A stretch of 64,000 nucleotides of DNA from a bacterium. GTDB taxonomy: Bacteria; UBA10199; 2-02-FULL-50-16; JAJFLM01. The notes beneath the pieces are model-generated. The model saw nothing but the letters and a program-made list of their open reading frames with translations, was not told the DNA's origin and did no database searches. Of this stretch, positions 1 through 9,972 are shown in pieces. Numbering within the stretch: position 1 is the stretch's first letter; the number at the start of each line of letters is the position of its first letter. A program made the position numbers and the translations under genes. The stretch spans positions 2,112,001 to 2,176,000 of the forward strand of contig CBDCFN010000016.1 of the NCBI GenBank assembly GCA_965216315.1, read 5' to 3'.

Positions 1-826
1 GATCGTAACTGGCTCCTTCATCGCTCGGCAACGACTGCCAATCTTTGATGGCCGTGTTCAAGTCATCCCCTTGAGGGGCATAAGCGCGTTCGGTTTGCGT
101 CAAATAATCAATTGTCGTTTGGTCAGGAGCAACTAAGCCGGCACGCGCACCGGCTTCAATACTCATGTTGCACAGAGTCATGCGCGCTTCCATCGACAAG
201 CCTTTCACTGCCGCGCCCGTGTATTCCAATACATAACCGGTCCCGCCGGCCGTGCCGATCTCGCCGATCACTTTCAGAATCATATCTTTACTCGTCACCC
301 GCGCCGGCAGGGATCCGATGAAATCAACTTTAAATGACTTGGGCCGGTTTTGATGCAGACACTGCGTTGCCAAGACATGCTCAACCTCACTAGTGCCGAT
401 TCCGAAGGCCAGGGCCCCAAAGGCCCCGTGCGTCGAGGTATGACTGTCCCCGCAGACGATCGTCTTGCCGGGCAAGGTCAAGCCGAGTTCAGGACCAATC
501 ACGTGCACAATGCCCTGGCGGGGATCGTCCATCCCATACAAGTTGACTCCAAATTCTTCGCAATTCTTGACGAGGGCTTCGACCTGCGCCTTGGCAATAG
601 GGTCGGTTATCGTACGCGAAGGATCCGTTGGCACATTGTGGTCCATCGTCGCATGGGTCAAATCGGGGCGCCGCACCGTGCGTCCGTTCAAACGGAGTCC
701 TTCGAAGGCCTGCGGACTCGTCACTTCATGCACCAAATGCAGGTCTATATAAATGATGGAGGTACCGTCTTCCAACGTAGCAACTTCGTGTCGTTCCCAG
801 ATTTTATCGAACAGAGTCTTAGACAT
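1..826 (-). CDS. leuC: 3-isopropylmalate dehydratase large subunit (3' part runs off the window)
   Basis: Manual translation of the minus strand from ATG 826 gives [15 protein letters not shown]...[19 protein letters not shown]...[38 protein letters not shown] upstream. Not in the ORF track because it is open-ended. Confidence 0.97.
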   Translation of the reverse strand, partial: MSKTLFDKIWERHEVATLEDGTSIIYIDLHLVHEVTSPQAFEGLRLNGRTVRRPDLTHATMDHNVPTDPSRTITDPIAKAQVEALVKNCEEFGVNLYGMDDPRQGIVHVIGPELGLTLPGKTIVCGDSHTSTHGAFGALAFGIGTSEVEHVLATQCLHQNRPKSFKVDFIGSLPARVTSKDMILKVIGEIGTAGGTGYVLEYTGAAVKGLSMEARMTLCNMSIEAGARAGLVAPDQTTIDYLTQTERAYAPQGDDLNTAIKDWQSLPSDEGASYD

Positions 827-838
827 TTGTTTCCTCTT

Positions 839-928
839 AAATCCCCCCTGCCCCCCTTTACAAAGGGGGGGAATCCTAGTGATACCCGTTACCTCCCCCT
901 TTAATAAAGGGGGACTGAGGGGGATTTT
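839..928. repeat. REP-like intergenic palindromic repeat (two inverted units)
   Basis: CCCCCCTTT-ACA-AAGGGGGG and TCCCCCTTT-AAT-AAAGGGGGA hairpins, bracketed by AATCCCCC...GGGGGATT. Confidence 0.8.
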
Positions 929-979
929 TCCCAACGAAGCAATCCTTATAACTCTGCAAAAGCTGAAATAGCAATATCC

Positions 980-1006
980 GAAACTTTTTATTTTCCACGT
1001 CGATGA
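980..1006 (+). promoter_or_regulatory. sigma28-like promoter, leaderless
   Basis: GAAACTTT-N11-GTCGATGA, ATG 7 nt downstream. Confidence 0.7.
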
Positions 1007-1013
1007 GAGCTCC

Positions 1014-1943
1014 ATGTCTGTACTCAGCCTCATCACATCAACGGCCCTCCAAACTTGTTTGGGCAGTCTCAGCCAGGCCTGGACCGACTCGACGACAAGT
1101 ACCCTCCCCGCTTATCAGACCGTCGCCGACCAAGCCGTAACCCATTTATCCTGGTTGAGTTTTTCCGAGCCCCAGCATTATGTGCGGTCAACGCAACGAC
1201 TGCTCCGGCGTGAACTGCAGGCCGACTCCGCGCCGAGTCATATTGATGAAGCGACGGCCATTCGTGACGGCCTCTCGCTGCTGCGCCTGATCGGCTTGGA
1301 ATGGGAGACGATTGATCAGCTCGTTCCCGGCGCCCATACTTTCTACGAAACACGCGCCTGTAGTTGGTACGCGGATAGTGCACCTGAAGTTCATTTTGGC
1401 TACCCCTGGGCCGAGCCCGAAGATGAAGTACTCAGCGTGGACACGCCCACCTTCGAGAGCAAAATGGACATTCAAAACGACCACCTCATCCTCAACCCAA
1501 TGACCGGCACCGGTGAAGAAGCGATTCGACTCGCAACACGTCATCCGGAAAGTTTCGTCCTCGCCTATGACATTAACCCGGATAGCATTGTTACAGGCGT
1601 TTCAACCCTGATCGCTACCGAACACCCTGATCCAAACATTACTTTCACGGTTCACGACGCCCATACAAGCTTGGCCCTGGCAGATCATTCGGTGAACCGA
1701 CTCGTAATCAACGGTTACTCAACTTTCGGCTTCTCCGATGCACAACTCGTCTCTTTCTTTGCCGATCAAGTCCGCATGCTTGCCTCCAACTCGCGTATCT
1801 GGATGGACTTTTTACCCTACCGCCAACCCAGCGTTGACAGCCACACCTTTTATCTGGAATTAGCAGCTCACGCCGCTGGCCGCAGACTTCAACGCCTTGA
1901 CCTGCCCGCTGAGCTTAATGCTTACGCCGGCGTTATCGAATAA
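1014..1943 (+). CDS. orphan N-terminus fused to a class I SAM methyltransferase-like domain
   Basis: [16 protein letters not shown] (motif I), VLAYDINP (motif II), FTVHDAH. Confidence 0.65.
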   Translation: MSVLSLITSTALQTCLGSLSQAWTDSTTSTLPAYQTVADQAVTHLSWLSFSEPQHYVRSTQRLLRRELQADSAPSHIDEATAIRDGLSLLRLIGLEWETIDQLVPGAHTFYETRACSWYADSAPEVHFGYPWAEPEDEVLSVDTPTFESKMDIQNDHLILNPMTGTGEEAIRLATRHPESFVLAYDINPDSIVTGVSTLIATEHPDPNITFTVHDAHTSLALADHSVNRLVINGYSTFGFSDAQLVSFFADQVRMLASNSRIWMDFLPYRQPSVDSHTFYLELAAHAAGRRLQRLDLPAELNAYAGVIE

Positions 1944-1989
1944 AGATAATTCTTGATCACTCATCGGAGATATGGTGGTTGATACCACC

Positions 1990-3159
1990 ATGAAACACAT
2001 AAAAACTTTTTCACTCTTGGCGACTCTAGCAATCATTACATTGGGTTGCGAAGCCCTCGATAGGGCCGACCAGGCTCTCATTGACTTTTACCATCAGCTC
2101 ACGTCTCAAGACAAAGAGGCCGAGCAAACATCCAAACCCACAGCGCCGACAGCTCCACCCAAGGACGTAGCACCGGTCCAAAATCCACAGCCAAGGACAG
2201 AGCCGCCGACTCCGACCGCAAACGAGCCCATCGCCGAGCAAGTCAAAAAATTCGTCGATGACGCCTTAAAAAAAGCCGCCGACGAAATCAATGCTAACTT
2301 GCCCGAACAAGTACCAACTGCCGATCCGGAGAGAGAGCTCAAAAAAACTTTACGCGGCTACACCCAATGCTTCAATCGCGTCGTCTCGCGCACGCGCGAC
2401 AGCTACAAGCGTTATCTTAGCTGGGTCGACAAGGCCAAAGGCCCGACCTGCAAGGAAGCGCGCATCAGTTACGGACTCTATACGCTCTACGAGGACAGCG
2501 TGAAGACCTGTCGTGAAGCCGCGGCCCACGCGCCCCAACAAACACCTCAGTTATTGAGTGCGCACCAGCAGGCCCTGAAATTGGCAGAATGCAATGCAGC
2601 TCTGGTGCCTCTCGTTCAAACAGTCGAAGACTACTATGATCAAGAGGACTACAAGGACGATGCCTGTGCCAAAGGGAAAAAATGGCATCCCGAACTGATC
2701 TCACTCTTTGAGCAATGTATTAGCGCGGCAAAGCTCTTAAGCCAAGAACTCATGACCCTCAACGCCGAACTCGATTCACGGGAACTCACGCGGCTGGAAA
2801 AGCAAGGGCCCAGCTTCGAACTTCACAACTTACGTCTCCTCATCTGTGCACGCCAACTCATGCAAAGTCTTCCGTCCGACGGCACGAAAACAGCGATTAA
2901 TTCAAGTCAATATCTCGAGAGATATAAAAAATGTGACGCTGATTACCAGGCTCTCAATAGTTACGCCAAAGCCAACGAGGATACGGTAAGCAAGGTTTTC
3001 TGGGGCAGTGTCTTTCTCGGTGACGCCAAGGACTTTTACATTGAAGCCAAAAAACTACGGCGTGTCTTCGAAGCAAACGAAGACCCGAGGCATAATCTCA
3101 ATTCTTTTATCAACGAGTACAACAGTATGGTTCGCAGCGCCAACAATCTCCGTTACTAG
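1990..3159 (+). CDS. YiiG/DUF3829-like lipoprotein
   Basis: Signal peptide with lipobox LGC, Pro-rich linker, YTQCFN and YYDQEDYKDD motifs. Confidence 0.7.
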   Translation: MKHIKTFSLLATLAIITLGCEALDRADQALIDFYHQLTSQDKEAEQTSKPTAPTAPPKDVAPVQNPQPRTEPPTPTANEPIAEQVKKFVDDALKKAADEINANLPEQVPTADPERELKKTLRGYTQCFNRVVSRTRDSYKRYLSWVDKAKGPTCKEARISYGLYTLYEDSVKTCREAAAHAPQQTPQLLSAHQQALKLAECNAALVPLVQTVEDYYDQEDYKDDACAKGKKWHPELISLFEQCISAAKLLSQELMTLNAELDSRELTRLEKQGPSFELHNLRLLICARQLMQSLPSDGTKTAINSSQYLERYKKCDADYQALNSYAKANEDTVSKVFWGSVFLGDAKDFYIEAKKLRRVFEANEDPRHNLNSFINEYNSMVRSANNLRY

Positions 3160-3232
3160 ACTAATTCAGTTGCATTCTTAAAAACTGTTTACACGAGTCA
3201 ACACTTGTTGACGGCTTCGTAAATTCTCAACA

Positions 3233-3259
3233 GAAACTTCCTCTCTTTTCAGCCGATAA
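3233..3259 (+). promoter_or_regulatory. sigma28-like promoter
   Basis: GAAACTTC-N11-GCCGATAA, ATG 10 nt downstream. Confidence 0.8.
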
Positions 3260-3269
3260 GGCACGCACT

Positions 3270-4505
3270 ATGACATCACCAATTTTGACTCAAGCATCAA
3301 TCTTTTTGTCCGGGGCCACGGCGATGACGGCCCTCTTAACCACTTCGTGCACGGGCGAAGAAAATCAAATGCATCCACCGACCGCGGTATCTTCGTTAAC
3401 CGCGACGCCCCAAGGTGTCTCGTATGAACGACGTTGCATTTCTGATGCAAGCTGCACAGAAGAGCAACGAGTCGCCGCCGTATCAGACTATTTGAGTGCC
3501 GTTTACGGCAATAATAATTCTTTCCAATATGATAATGTCCTCACTCCTGTTGAAGGAGCTCATGCAAAAACTTATGGACCGACTGTCAACCTCTCGCAGC
3601 TACCACAGTTGTTTCACCGGGCCCAGGGAAGTGCGCTACAATCCTTTATTTCGCCAGCTCAACCGGCACTCTGCAATAATTTGAGCCTCTGGCACCTCCT
3701 CAAGGGCAGTGACGCCTCTCTGGGCGCTGCCACCGCGATTGGCGGTGTCCATCACTGCTTTAGTCAATTCGCCACCATTTTCAATGCCGCCAAGGTAGAA
3801 CAAGAGATCGCTGCTAATCCGCAGGACTGGATCTTTTTTGTCGAGATCAGCCAGGAGATGGAGCACGCTAAAAAACAGGGAAAGGATGTCCGCAAGGATG
3901 AAGTCGCCCTGATCTATCAAATTGCTGATCGACTTAATATCCCTAAAGAAAATCCAGTCGTCCCATACAACAGTGAGCCGGTCATGAAAGCCCTGGAAGC
4001 CAAAGGAATCTCGCGAACCGAACAGGCCACGGCTTGGGTGGTGTTTCACCTCCTTACTGATATCACGAGCACTCTTGTTCAGCGAAAAGATTTCAAACAA
4101 AAACCACCCGCCCAACTTAAAAAGATGGCGTATGATATCCTCAAGAGTTATTTTGCGCCCGGCGCCGTAAGACACCCTGTCATCACAGGATCGTTGCAAG
4201 TGTATGGACTGAATGCCGACAGCTTTTATAAGGCCTGTCAGAACTTCATCAAACCTCGTCCCGGCGAATCAACAGGAGCGGCCCTAGACAGGATACAAAA
4301 GAAAACTACGGCCACAATGGAGCAAGGCACAAAACTCGCAACTCAGTTAACAGTTCAACACATTCAGGCCAAACTCAAACAACACGGCCGGAAACAGGCC
4401 CTCTATCAAATGGGCGTCATGAATGCCCCCGTATTGAAGCAGATATACAAAGACCTCAAAGCCGTTCCGCTGGTTGCAAACGCCCCGACAGCCCCGAAAA
4501 AATAG
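3270..4505 (+). CDS. hypothetical protein, possibly EreA/ChaN/TIKI-like fold
   Basis: 411 aa ORF with motifs IGGVHH, WIFFVE and ALYQMGVMN. Confidence 0.6.
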   Translation: MTSPILTQASIFLSGATAMTALLTTSCTGEENQMHPPTAVSSLTATPQGVSYERRCISDASCTEEQRVAAVSDYLSAVYGNNNSFQYDNVLTPVEGAHAKTYGPTVNLSQLPQLFHRAQGSALQSFISPAQPALCNNLSLWHLLKGSDASLGAATAIGGVHHCFSQFATIFNAAKVEQEIAANPQDWIFFVEISQEMEHAKKQGKDVRKDEVALIYQIADRLNIPKENPVVPYNSEPVMKALEAKGISRTEQATAWVVFHLLTDITSTLVQRKDFKQKPPAQLKKMAYDILKSYFAPGAVRHPVITGSLQVYGLNADSFYKACQNFIKPRPGESTGAALDRIQKKTTATMEQGTKLATQLTVQHIQAKLKQHGRKQALYQMGVMNAPVLKQIYKDLKAVPLVANAPTAPKK

Positions 4506-4518
4506 AAAGGCTTATCCG

Positions 4519-5136
4519 ATGATTGCTCAAAATATCCAAGCTAATTTAACGATACTCGGACTCACGGACATGATGGTGACCGGCATGATGAGCGGCAATC
4601 AAAGCCTAGACCAGGCCGGCGGCACAATTCCGGTGACGGATGCCCCCATGCTCTTAAGCACCTTGTGCGCCGAAAGCCACACCCTGCGACACAGTGCCGA
4701 GATGAAACACCGTCAGGCCGGTGGCAATCAGTTTCAATTGAATTCTTATAACATCCAGGTCGTCAATGATGCCGGCGATACAATCGGTAAAATCGACTCG
4801 GACGGCGTATTTCAATATACGGCAGCACCGGATCTCGCGTTGTGTCTCGGTTGGGCAATCGCCACCGATATCGGCCGAAACAAAGTCATTGAAGATGTTT
4901 CCCTGCAAAATCTGACTTCCTCGACGCAGGACCGGATCACCGGCGCGGTCTCCAACGCCATGAGCCAGGACTATTTCTTCGGTGACTGGATGAACTTTCT
5001 AGAGAAAGACCTGATGGTCTATGACCGAACCACGCGCTTCGGCGACGGTTATTGCGGTGTCGCCAACCTCTTCTGGGAGGTCGGCCTGCGCACGCTGTTC
5101 GGAATCGAGCATTCAGGGTACGACTTCGCGTACTAG
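4519..5136 (+). CDS. hypothetical protein
   Basis: ATG 4519 follows AAGG, 13 nt after the upstream stop. N-terminus resembles that of the 9973 ORF. Confidence 0.7.
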   Translation: MIAQNIQANLTILGLTDMMVTGMMSGNQSLDQAGGTIPVTDAPMLLSTLCAESHTLRHSAEMKHRQAGGNQFQLNSYNIQVVNDAGDTIGKIDSDGVFQYTAAPDLALCLGWAIATDIGRNKVIEDVSLQNLTSSTQDRITGAVSNAMSQDYFFGDWMNFLEKDLMVYDRTTRFGDGYCGVANLFWEVGLRTLFGIEHSGYDFAY

Positions 5137-5174
5137 GCTATTTCTGTAAGGGGCACGGCCGCGTTGCCGTGCTC

Positions 5175-6713
5175 CTATGAAAAAAGCCGCTCAAAGAAGA
5201 AGAACCAGTTACCCGGCTCGTATTCATTTTCGAACACACTATCAATCGTCCCGTCGCCGTCACTGTCCGTTTCCGACCTGGTAATGTAACCCTCGTCATT
5301 CACGGTACGGGTCGTCCGCCTGTCAACGGTTCCGTCTGCCCCATCATCGCGCTCAAACAGAATTTCATTGCCCAACTCGTCGTAAGTGCTCGTCGTGATG
5401 CGATCCACCGTCCCATCGCCATTTGAATCGAAATTCACTGCGATTTCCCGGCCCAACGCGTCATATTCCCTTTCCGTAATGATATCCGGCGTGCCGTCGG
5501 CGTCAAAGTCGTTTTCCGACCGAATCTCGCGACCATTTGCGTCCACGACCCGCGTTGAAGTTGAATTAATCGTCCCGTCGAGGCCGTCATCGCGCGCTGT
5601 CCCGATCACATTAAAATTATCATCAAAAAATGTTTCCGTCTCACTCTCAAATGTTCCGTCACCATCGACATCGACACGAAAAATGGTCTGATTGTTATTC
5701 GCGTCATATTCATGTTCCTGAACGCGATCGATAACACCGTCGCCATCATTATCCCGCGTCGACCGGATCTCGTTACCCAAATCGTCATATTCTCGTTCTT
5801 CGATAATATCGGGCGTCCCATCGTTGTTGCTGTCGGTCTCGGATCGAACCAGCCGACCGAACGCATCGTAAATATTATCCGTCGCCTCATCGATAACGCC
5901 GTCAGCGTTATTATCTATCTGAAAACTCTCAACTTGATTGCGCTCGTTATACGTCAGGTGGAAAATACTATCGATTGTCCCGTCCCCGTCACTGTCGCTT
6001 TCGAAGCGCTCAACTTGCCCGGCGTCATTGTAAATTTCGGTATTAATGTTGTCGAAAGTCCCGTCGCCGTCGAAATCACCCCGACTGACGGTTTGGCGGA
6101 ACAGTTCCGGTTCTAATCCGAGCGTCGAATAGAGATGATCCAGGACGCCGACGTAATCGACGGGGAAGGGACCTTCAGTCCAAAGACCGTCAGCGCGGCC
6201 GTCGCGAATCAACGAGTTGAGACCAATGTCACGCGGAAAGATAAACAGGCGCCGCGCAAAGTCGACACTCTTACCGGCAGCCAGCTCGGAAAGCCCCTCA
6301 GGCAGCACGATCCCGTTGCTTGGATCCTGGTCCTGATCCAGCCCCTGCAACATCGCCGCAATATTCGCAACCGTCACGAAAGGATCCTCGATCCGCATGG
6401 TGAGATTATTGAATACCCGCCGCAGTTCCCGCGCGTCGGTAATCGGTTCGGCTCCTGACACCAAGTCAAAGGGACTGACGAGCTCCTGACCTAGGGTTTC
6501 CCCCAAATCAATATCACCTAAAAAAAAGCGGGTCATCTCATCCTCACGAAATAGAAAGATGCCGGCTGCATCCGTCACGCCACTTTCGCTTTCACTCGCG
6601 TAAGACAGGCCTTGCACCGGACTATCAACAAAGACCCCTTCGTTGGGCCCTGAACCACAGGCTGTCAGTGCAATGACAAAAGCACTTACTAAGATACAAC
6701 GTTGAATAGACAT
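5175..6713 (-). CDS. lipoprotein with ~23-aa YD / DxDGDGxxD acidic repeats
   Basis: Lipobox LTAC. C-terminal half is built of tandem YDxxG...DxDGDGTxD repeats. Confidence 0.85.
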   Translation of the reverse strand: MSIQRCILVSAFVIALTACGSGPNEGVFVDSPVQGLSYASESESGVTDAAGIFLFREDEMTRFFLGDIDLGETLGQELVSPFDLVSGAEPITDARELRRVFNNLTMRIEDPFVTVANIAAMLQGLDQDQDPSNGIVLPEGLSELAAGKSVDFARRLFIFPRDIGLNSLIRDGRADGLWTEGPFPVDYVGVLDHLYSTLGLEPELFRQTVSRGDFDGDGTFDNINTEIYNDAGQVERFESDSDGDGTIDSIFHLTYNERNQVESFQIDNNADGVIDEATDNIYDAFGRLVRSETDSNNDGTPDIIEEREYDDLGNEIRSTRDNDGDGVIDRVQEHEYDANNNQTIFRVDVDGDGTFESETETFFDDNFNVIGTARDDGLDGTINSTSTRVVDANGREIRSENDFDADGTPDIITEREYDALGREIAVNFDSNGDGTVDRITTSTYDELGNEILFERDDGADGTVDRRTTRTVNDEGYITRSETDSDGDGTIDSVFENEYEPGNWFFFFERLFS

Positions 6714-6803
6714 GGCGACCCTCCCTTGGTGAAACGCGAAAATCAGTCTTTTTTCGCAGCTATCTTAGCCCTGAAACGGCTTAGACTCAAGCATATCCGT
6801 TTC

Positions 6804-7376
6804 CTAAAAAGCGGCCACCCGATAGATAAAGAAACCCGCGACGATGCCGGATGCAATCGCGATTGCGTGCAATGCCACCAGGAAAGCCCTGGGGACACCG
6901 AGAGGAAACACGCTTTCCTCGCGGGTATGAGGATTGACGGTGGAGCCTAAGAGGACCATGCCCAATTTTCTCCGGCCGATAAGCAACAAGGGTCCACCAC
7001 CCATCAGGACAAACAATACACCGCAGATAAACCAAGAGATGACAAAGCCACTCTCACCCGGCGGGTTGAAGGCATACTCGAAAAAGTTCCATCCTAATGC
7101 CAGAAAAAGGCCGCACCAAAAAAATCCGGTAAAGTTGGGGCCGTTCTTTACCAGGCTGGCCAGATAGAGCCCGCCGAAAACAAATAAAGACAGGATCGAC
7201 AGCGGCGTCAACACCGCGGCGTTTTCCGGGCACCGAACCGCGATCTGATAAGGGCCTCCCTCGGCGCAAAACCCGCCGACGTTCATTACCGCCCGCATCG
7301 CCAGGAATAGCACCGTCAGTGCAGCCGCAAATCCCAGCAAGCCGACGAACATTCTCACCACGCGTGAGGGCTTCAT
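6804..7376 (-). CDS. membrane protein (about 5 TM)
   Basis: Hydrophobic segments and GGFCAEGGPY..RCP loop. Start uncertain. Confidence 0.75.
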   Translation of the reverse strand: MKPSRVVRMFVGLLGFAAALTVLFLAMRAVMNVGGFCAEGGPYQIAVRCPENAAVLTPLSILSLFVFGGLYLASLVKNGPNFTGFFWCGLFLALGWNFFEYAFNPPGESGFVISWFICGVLFVLMGGGPLLLIGRRKLGMVLLGSTVNPHTREESVFPLGVPRAFLVALHAIAIASGIVAGFFIYRVAAF

Positions 7377-7468
7377 TTCCGCCTGTAAGCCTTGAATGAA
7401 CATTGATGAACTTTGTTTTATGAAATCATTTTCCAGTTCGCAAGCGGAGACTGGAAGCAAAGGATCGG

Positions 7469-8641
7469 CTAAAACGCCTCCGCCGCGGCGTAGGCTGAGG
7501 CCCAGGCCCACTGGAAATTAAACCCACCGAGAGCTCCGGTCACATCGACAACTTCTCCGATAAAATAAAGTCCGGAGCACAATTTCGATTCCATTGTCTT
7601 GGACGACAGTTCATCCGTTGAAACACCTCCCTTGGTCACCTCGGCCTTATGATAACCATCACGAGCTGCTGGAATCACTTCAAAATGATGAAGTTTCGCG
7701 GCAAATTGCTTGAGCCGCTTTTCGCTCACTTGATCCAACGACTGTGAGATATTTTCAAGCTTACAGAGTTGCTCCGCCAATCGAGACGGCAAGTGCTGGG
7801 CAAGCGCGTTTTTCACCAGACTTTTGGAGCCGCTATCGCGTTGCGACAACAACAACTCTTGCAATGAGGACTGCGACGAGAAATCAAGCCACAACGGCTC
7901 GCCTTCCTGCCAATGCAGCGTGATATTGAGTATCGCCGGTCCTGACAGACCGTCATGCGTGAATAACAGATCTTCATTAAGGCTTTGGGTCGCCGTCTTC
8001 ACCGTGACGGGACAAGAGATCCCCGCCAATCCACCCCACCGCTCACGATCGCTTTCCGACCAGAGCAGCGGCGTCAGTGCGGCTTGAAGCGGTATTATCG
8101 TATGCCCAAAGGATTCCGCAACGCGATACCCAAAGTCCGTCGCCCCGAGACGTTCATAGGACAGACCCCCCGTCGCAATGACGACGCGCGGAGTTGTAAA
8201 GCGATCGCCTGGCGTCGTTATCTCGAACCCGTCATCCTGTCGTTCTAGTTTCGTAGTAGCAACACCATAAACGATGCTAACGCCTGCTGCCTCACACTCA
8301 CGAAGCAACAGATTCACGATTTCTTTGGAAGACGTATCGCAGAAGAGCTGACCCCGATGCTTTTCGTGATAAGCGATGCCGGCACGCTCTATAAATTCGA
8401 TAAAATCTGCTGAGGGGTAACGCGCAAGGGCGGACTTGCAAAAGTGCGGGTTACGCGAAACGTAGTTGGATGAGCTAACGACGCGATTCGTAAAGTTACA
8501 CCGCCCACCTCCGGAAATAAGTATTTTGAGACCCGGTCGGGCTTGCTTCTCAAGAACAAGGACATTGTGACCCCGCTGAGCCGCCTGGAAAGCGCAAAAC
8601 AATCCGGCGGCTCCTGCTCCGACAATAATGACATCGTACAT
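7469..8641 (-). CDS. NAD(P)/FAD-dependent oxidoreductase, HI0933/BaiN/YhiN family
   Basis: GAGAAG, KILISGGGRCNFTN, GEVVDVTGALGGFNFQWAWAS. Confidence 0.95.
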   Translation of the reverse strand: MYDVIIVGAGAAGLFCAFQAAQRGHNVLVLEKQARPGLKILISGGGRCNFTNRVVSSSNYVSRNPHFCKSALARYPSADFIEFIERAGIAYHEKHRGQLFCDTSSKEIVNLLLRECEAAGVSIVYGVATTKLERQDDGFEITTPGDRFTTPRVVIATGGLSYERLGATDFGYRVAESFGHTIIPLQAALTPLLWSESDRERWGGLAGISCPVTVKTATQSLNEDLLFTHDGLSGPAILNITLHWQEGEPLWLDFSSQSSLQELLLSQRDSGSKSLVKNALAQHLPSRLAEQLCKLENISQSLDQVSEKRLKQFAAKLHHFEVIPAARDGYHKAEVTKGGVSTDELSSKTMESKLCSGLYFIGEVVDVTGALGGFNFQWAWASAYAAAEAF

Positions 8642-8701
8642 ACACGGGATTTAGTACGTCGTTGAGCGAAAGTTCACAAGAGAAGTCTTGCCCGCAAGAA
8701 T

Positions 8702-9820
8702 CTATGCAACAACACAGCGGAAACCCACATGGTAGTCGGTACTGTCCGGCAAGACATGATGCAGGCGGGCCGAAGCTTGTATCTCATCCCAGTTGCTATA
8801 CCAACATCCCCCCCTCAGGAGTCGCGCAATCCCTGTCTCTGGGCCGAACGGATCTCGTGCCACTAAACCGTTATAGTTCCATTGAAAACGATCCTCGACC
8901 CATTGCGACACCCCGCCCGCCATCCCCTTGAGCCCCGTAGCATTACTAGGCCCCCAATCAGCGCGGGCAGGAAGTTGTTCGTTATAATAGGCTTCGTTTT
9001 CATCCGTGTACCCGGAGGCCGTCCCATAAATCCGCCAACCATAGAGCGGGCGTTCATCGTTGATGGCGCGGTTAATTTCGTCTTGAGTCAGTGGCGCGAA
9101 ACTGTCCCCCGGCTGCGGTAATTGAGTCACTATAGACTCAAAGCGATCCGCAACAAATTCTTCAAGGACGTTGAGGGAATCCAGTTCGATGCCCTCTTCG
9201 TCCCTCAACAGCTGTCTCAAGTCGACCGCCGGCCCCCGCGCCGCGAATTCCCACTCCGCCTCCGTCGGAAGACGCCCACCGATCCAGTCCGCAAAGCCAC
9301 GCGCCTCAAACCAATTGAACATCAGCGCGGGTTGATCGGCTCCCAAAAAGGCGGCCGTCGTCATGCGGTAATTAGTTTCATCATCGACATCGACACCATC
9401 CTGATAATATTGGAAGACCTCCGTAAAATCGCGCCCCATGGGATCTTTTTTAAAGAGGCGGTCGCGCAACTGTTGTGGGGTCGGGACCAATTGGATCACC
9501 TCAGGATAAACGTGCTTTGCACCCGGTCTCATTCGATCAATCACCCGCTCCGCCGTCTCGGCTCGCGAAGCTCCGCGCACGATCTCCTGTACCTGACCCT
9601 CCGCCCCGAACAAGAACGCCCCATAGTGCTTATCCTGATGTGCTTTAAGGTAGGCATCCCGCTGCCGATTAGTTACAGGTGTTTCTTGCAGCTGAAAAGA
9701 AGAGACGGTCACATTGCGGATCGGCTGTTCCCAATAATGCCGGTTCGACCCCATCGGAAATGTCCCTCCGGAAATTGCAACCATGGATCCGCGTGCGATG
9801 CTAAGGAGTGATGCGGTCAT
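8702..9820 (-). CDS. FGE-sulfatase (SUMF1) domain protein with large insertions
   Basis: GGTFPMGS, ETPVTN, RLPTEAEWEFAARG, RGGCW, GFRC. Start reassigned to ATG 9820 from the promoter position. Confidence 0.85.
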   Translation of the reverse strand: MTASLLSIARGSMVAISGGTFPMGSNRHYWEQPIRNVTVSSFQLQETPVTNRQRDAYLKAHQDKHYGAFLFGAEGQVQEIVRGASRAETAERVIDRMRPGAKHVYPEVIQLVPTPQQLRDRLFKKDPMGRDFTEVFQYYQDGVDVDDETNYRMTTAAFLGADQPALMFNWFEARGFADWIGGRLPTEAEWEFAARGPAVDLRQLLRDEEGIELDSLNVLEEFVADRFESIVTQLPQPGDSFAPLTQDEINRAINDERPLYGWRIYGTASGYTDENEAYYNEQLPARADWGPSNATGLKGMAGGVSQWVEDRFQWNYNGLVARDPFGPETGIARLLRGGCWYSNWDEIQASARLHHVLPDSTDYHVGFRCVVA

Positions 9821-9827
9821 AGCACGG

Positions 9828-9854
9828 ATATCGGGGCGTAATGGAGGACGTTGC
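9828..9854 (-). promoter_or_regulatory. sigma28-like promoter, leaderless
   Basis: GCAACGTC-N11-CCCGATAT, ATG 7 nt downstream. Confidence 0.7.
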
Positions 9855-9938
9855 GATTCTGGCAACTGTTAGGCTCAATAAAGCATAACAAAAGGATGCA
9901 AAAGGATGGCCTTCAAAGATTTTCGCAAATGAGAAACA

Positions 9939-9965
9939 ACAACAAAGCCGCTTCAGGGCCGATGA
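9939..9965 (+). promoter_or_regulatory. sigma28-like promoter, leaderless
   Basis: ACAACAAA-N11-GCCGATGA, ATG 7 nt downstream. Confidence 0.65.
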
Positions 9966-9972
9966 ATAAGGC

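Noticed and set aside
350..904. 184-aa plus-strand ORF
   Set aside because: Antisense shadow of leuC.
1972..1991. ATGGTGGT-TGAT-ACCACCAT hairpin over the lipoprotein start
   Set aside because: Single 8-bp stem that could be chance. No supporting context.
8702..8830. DGR variable region at the FGE-sulfatase C-terminus
   Set aside because: No template repeat or reverse transcriptase seen in the window.
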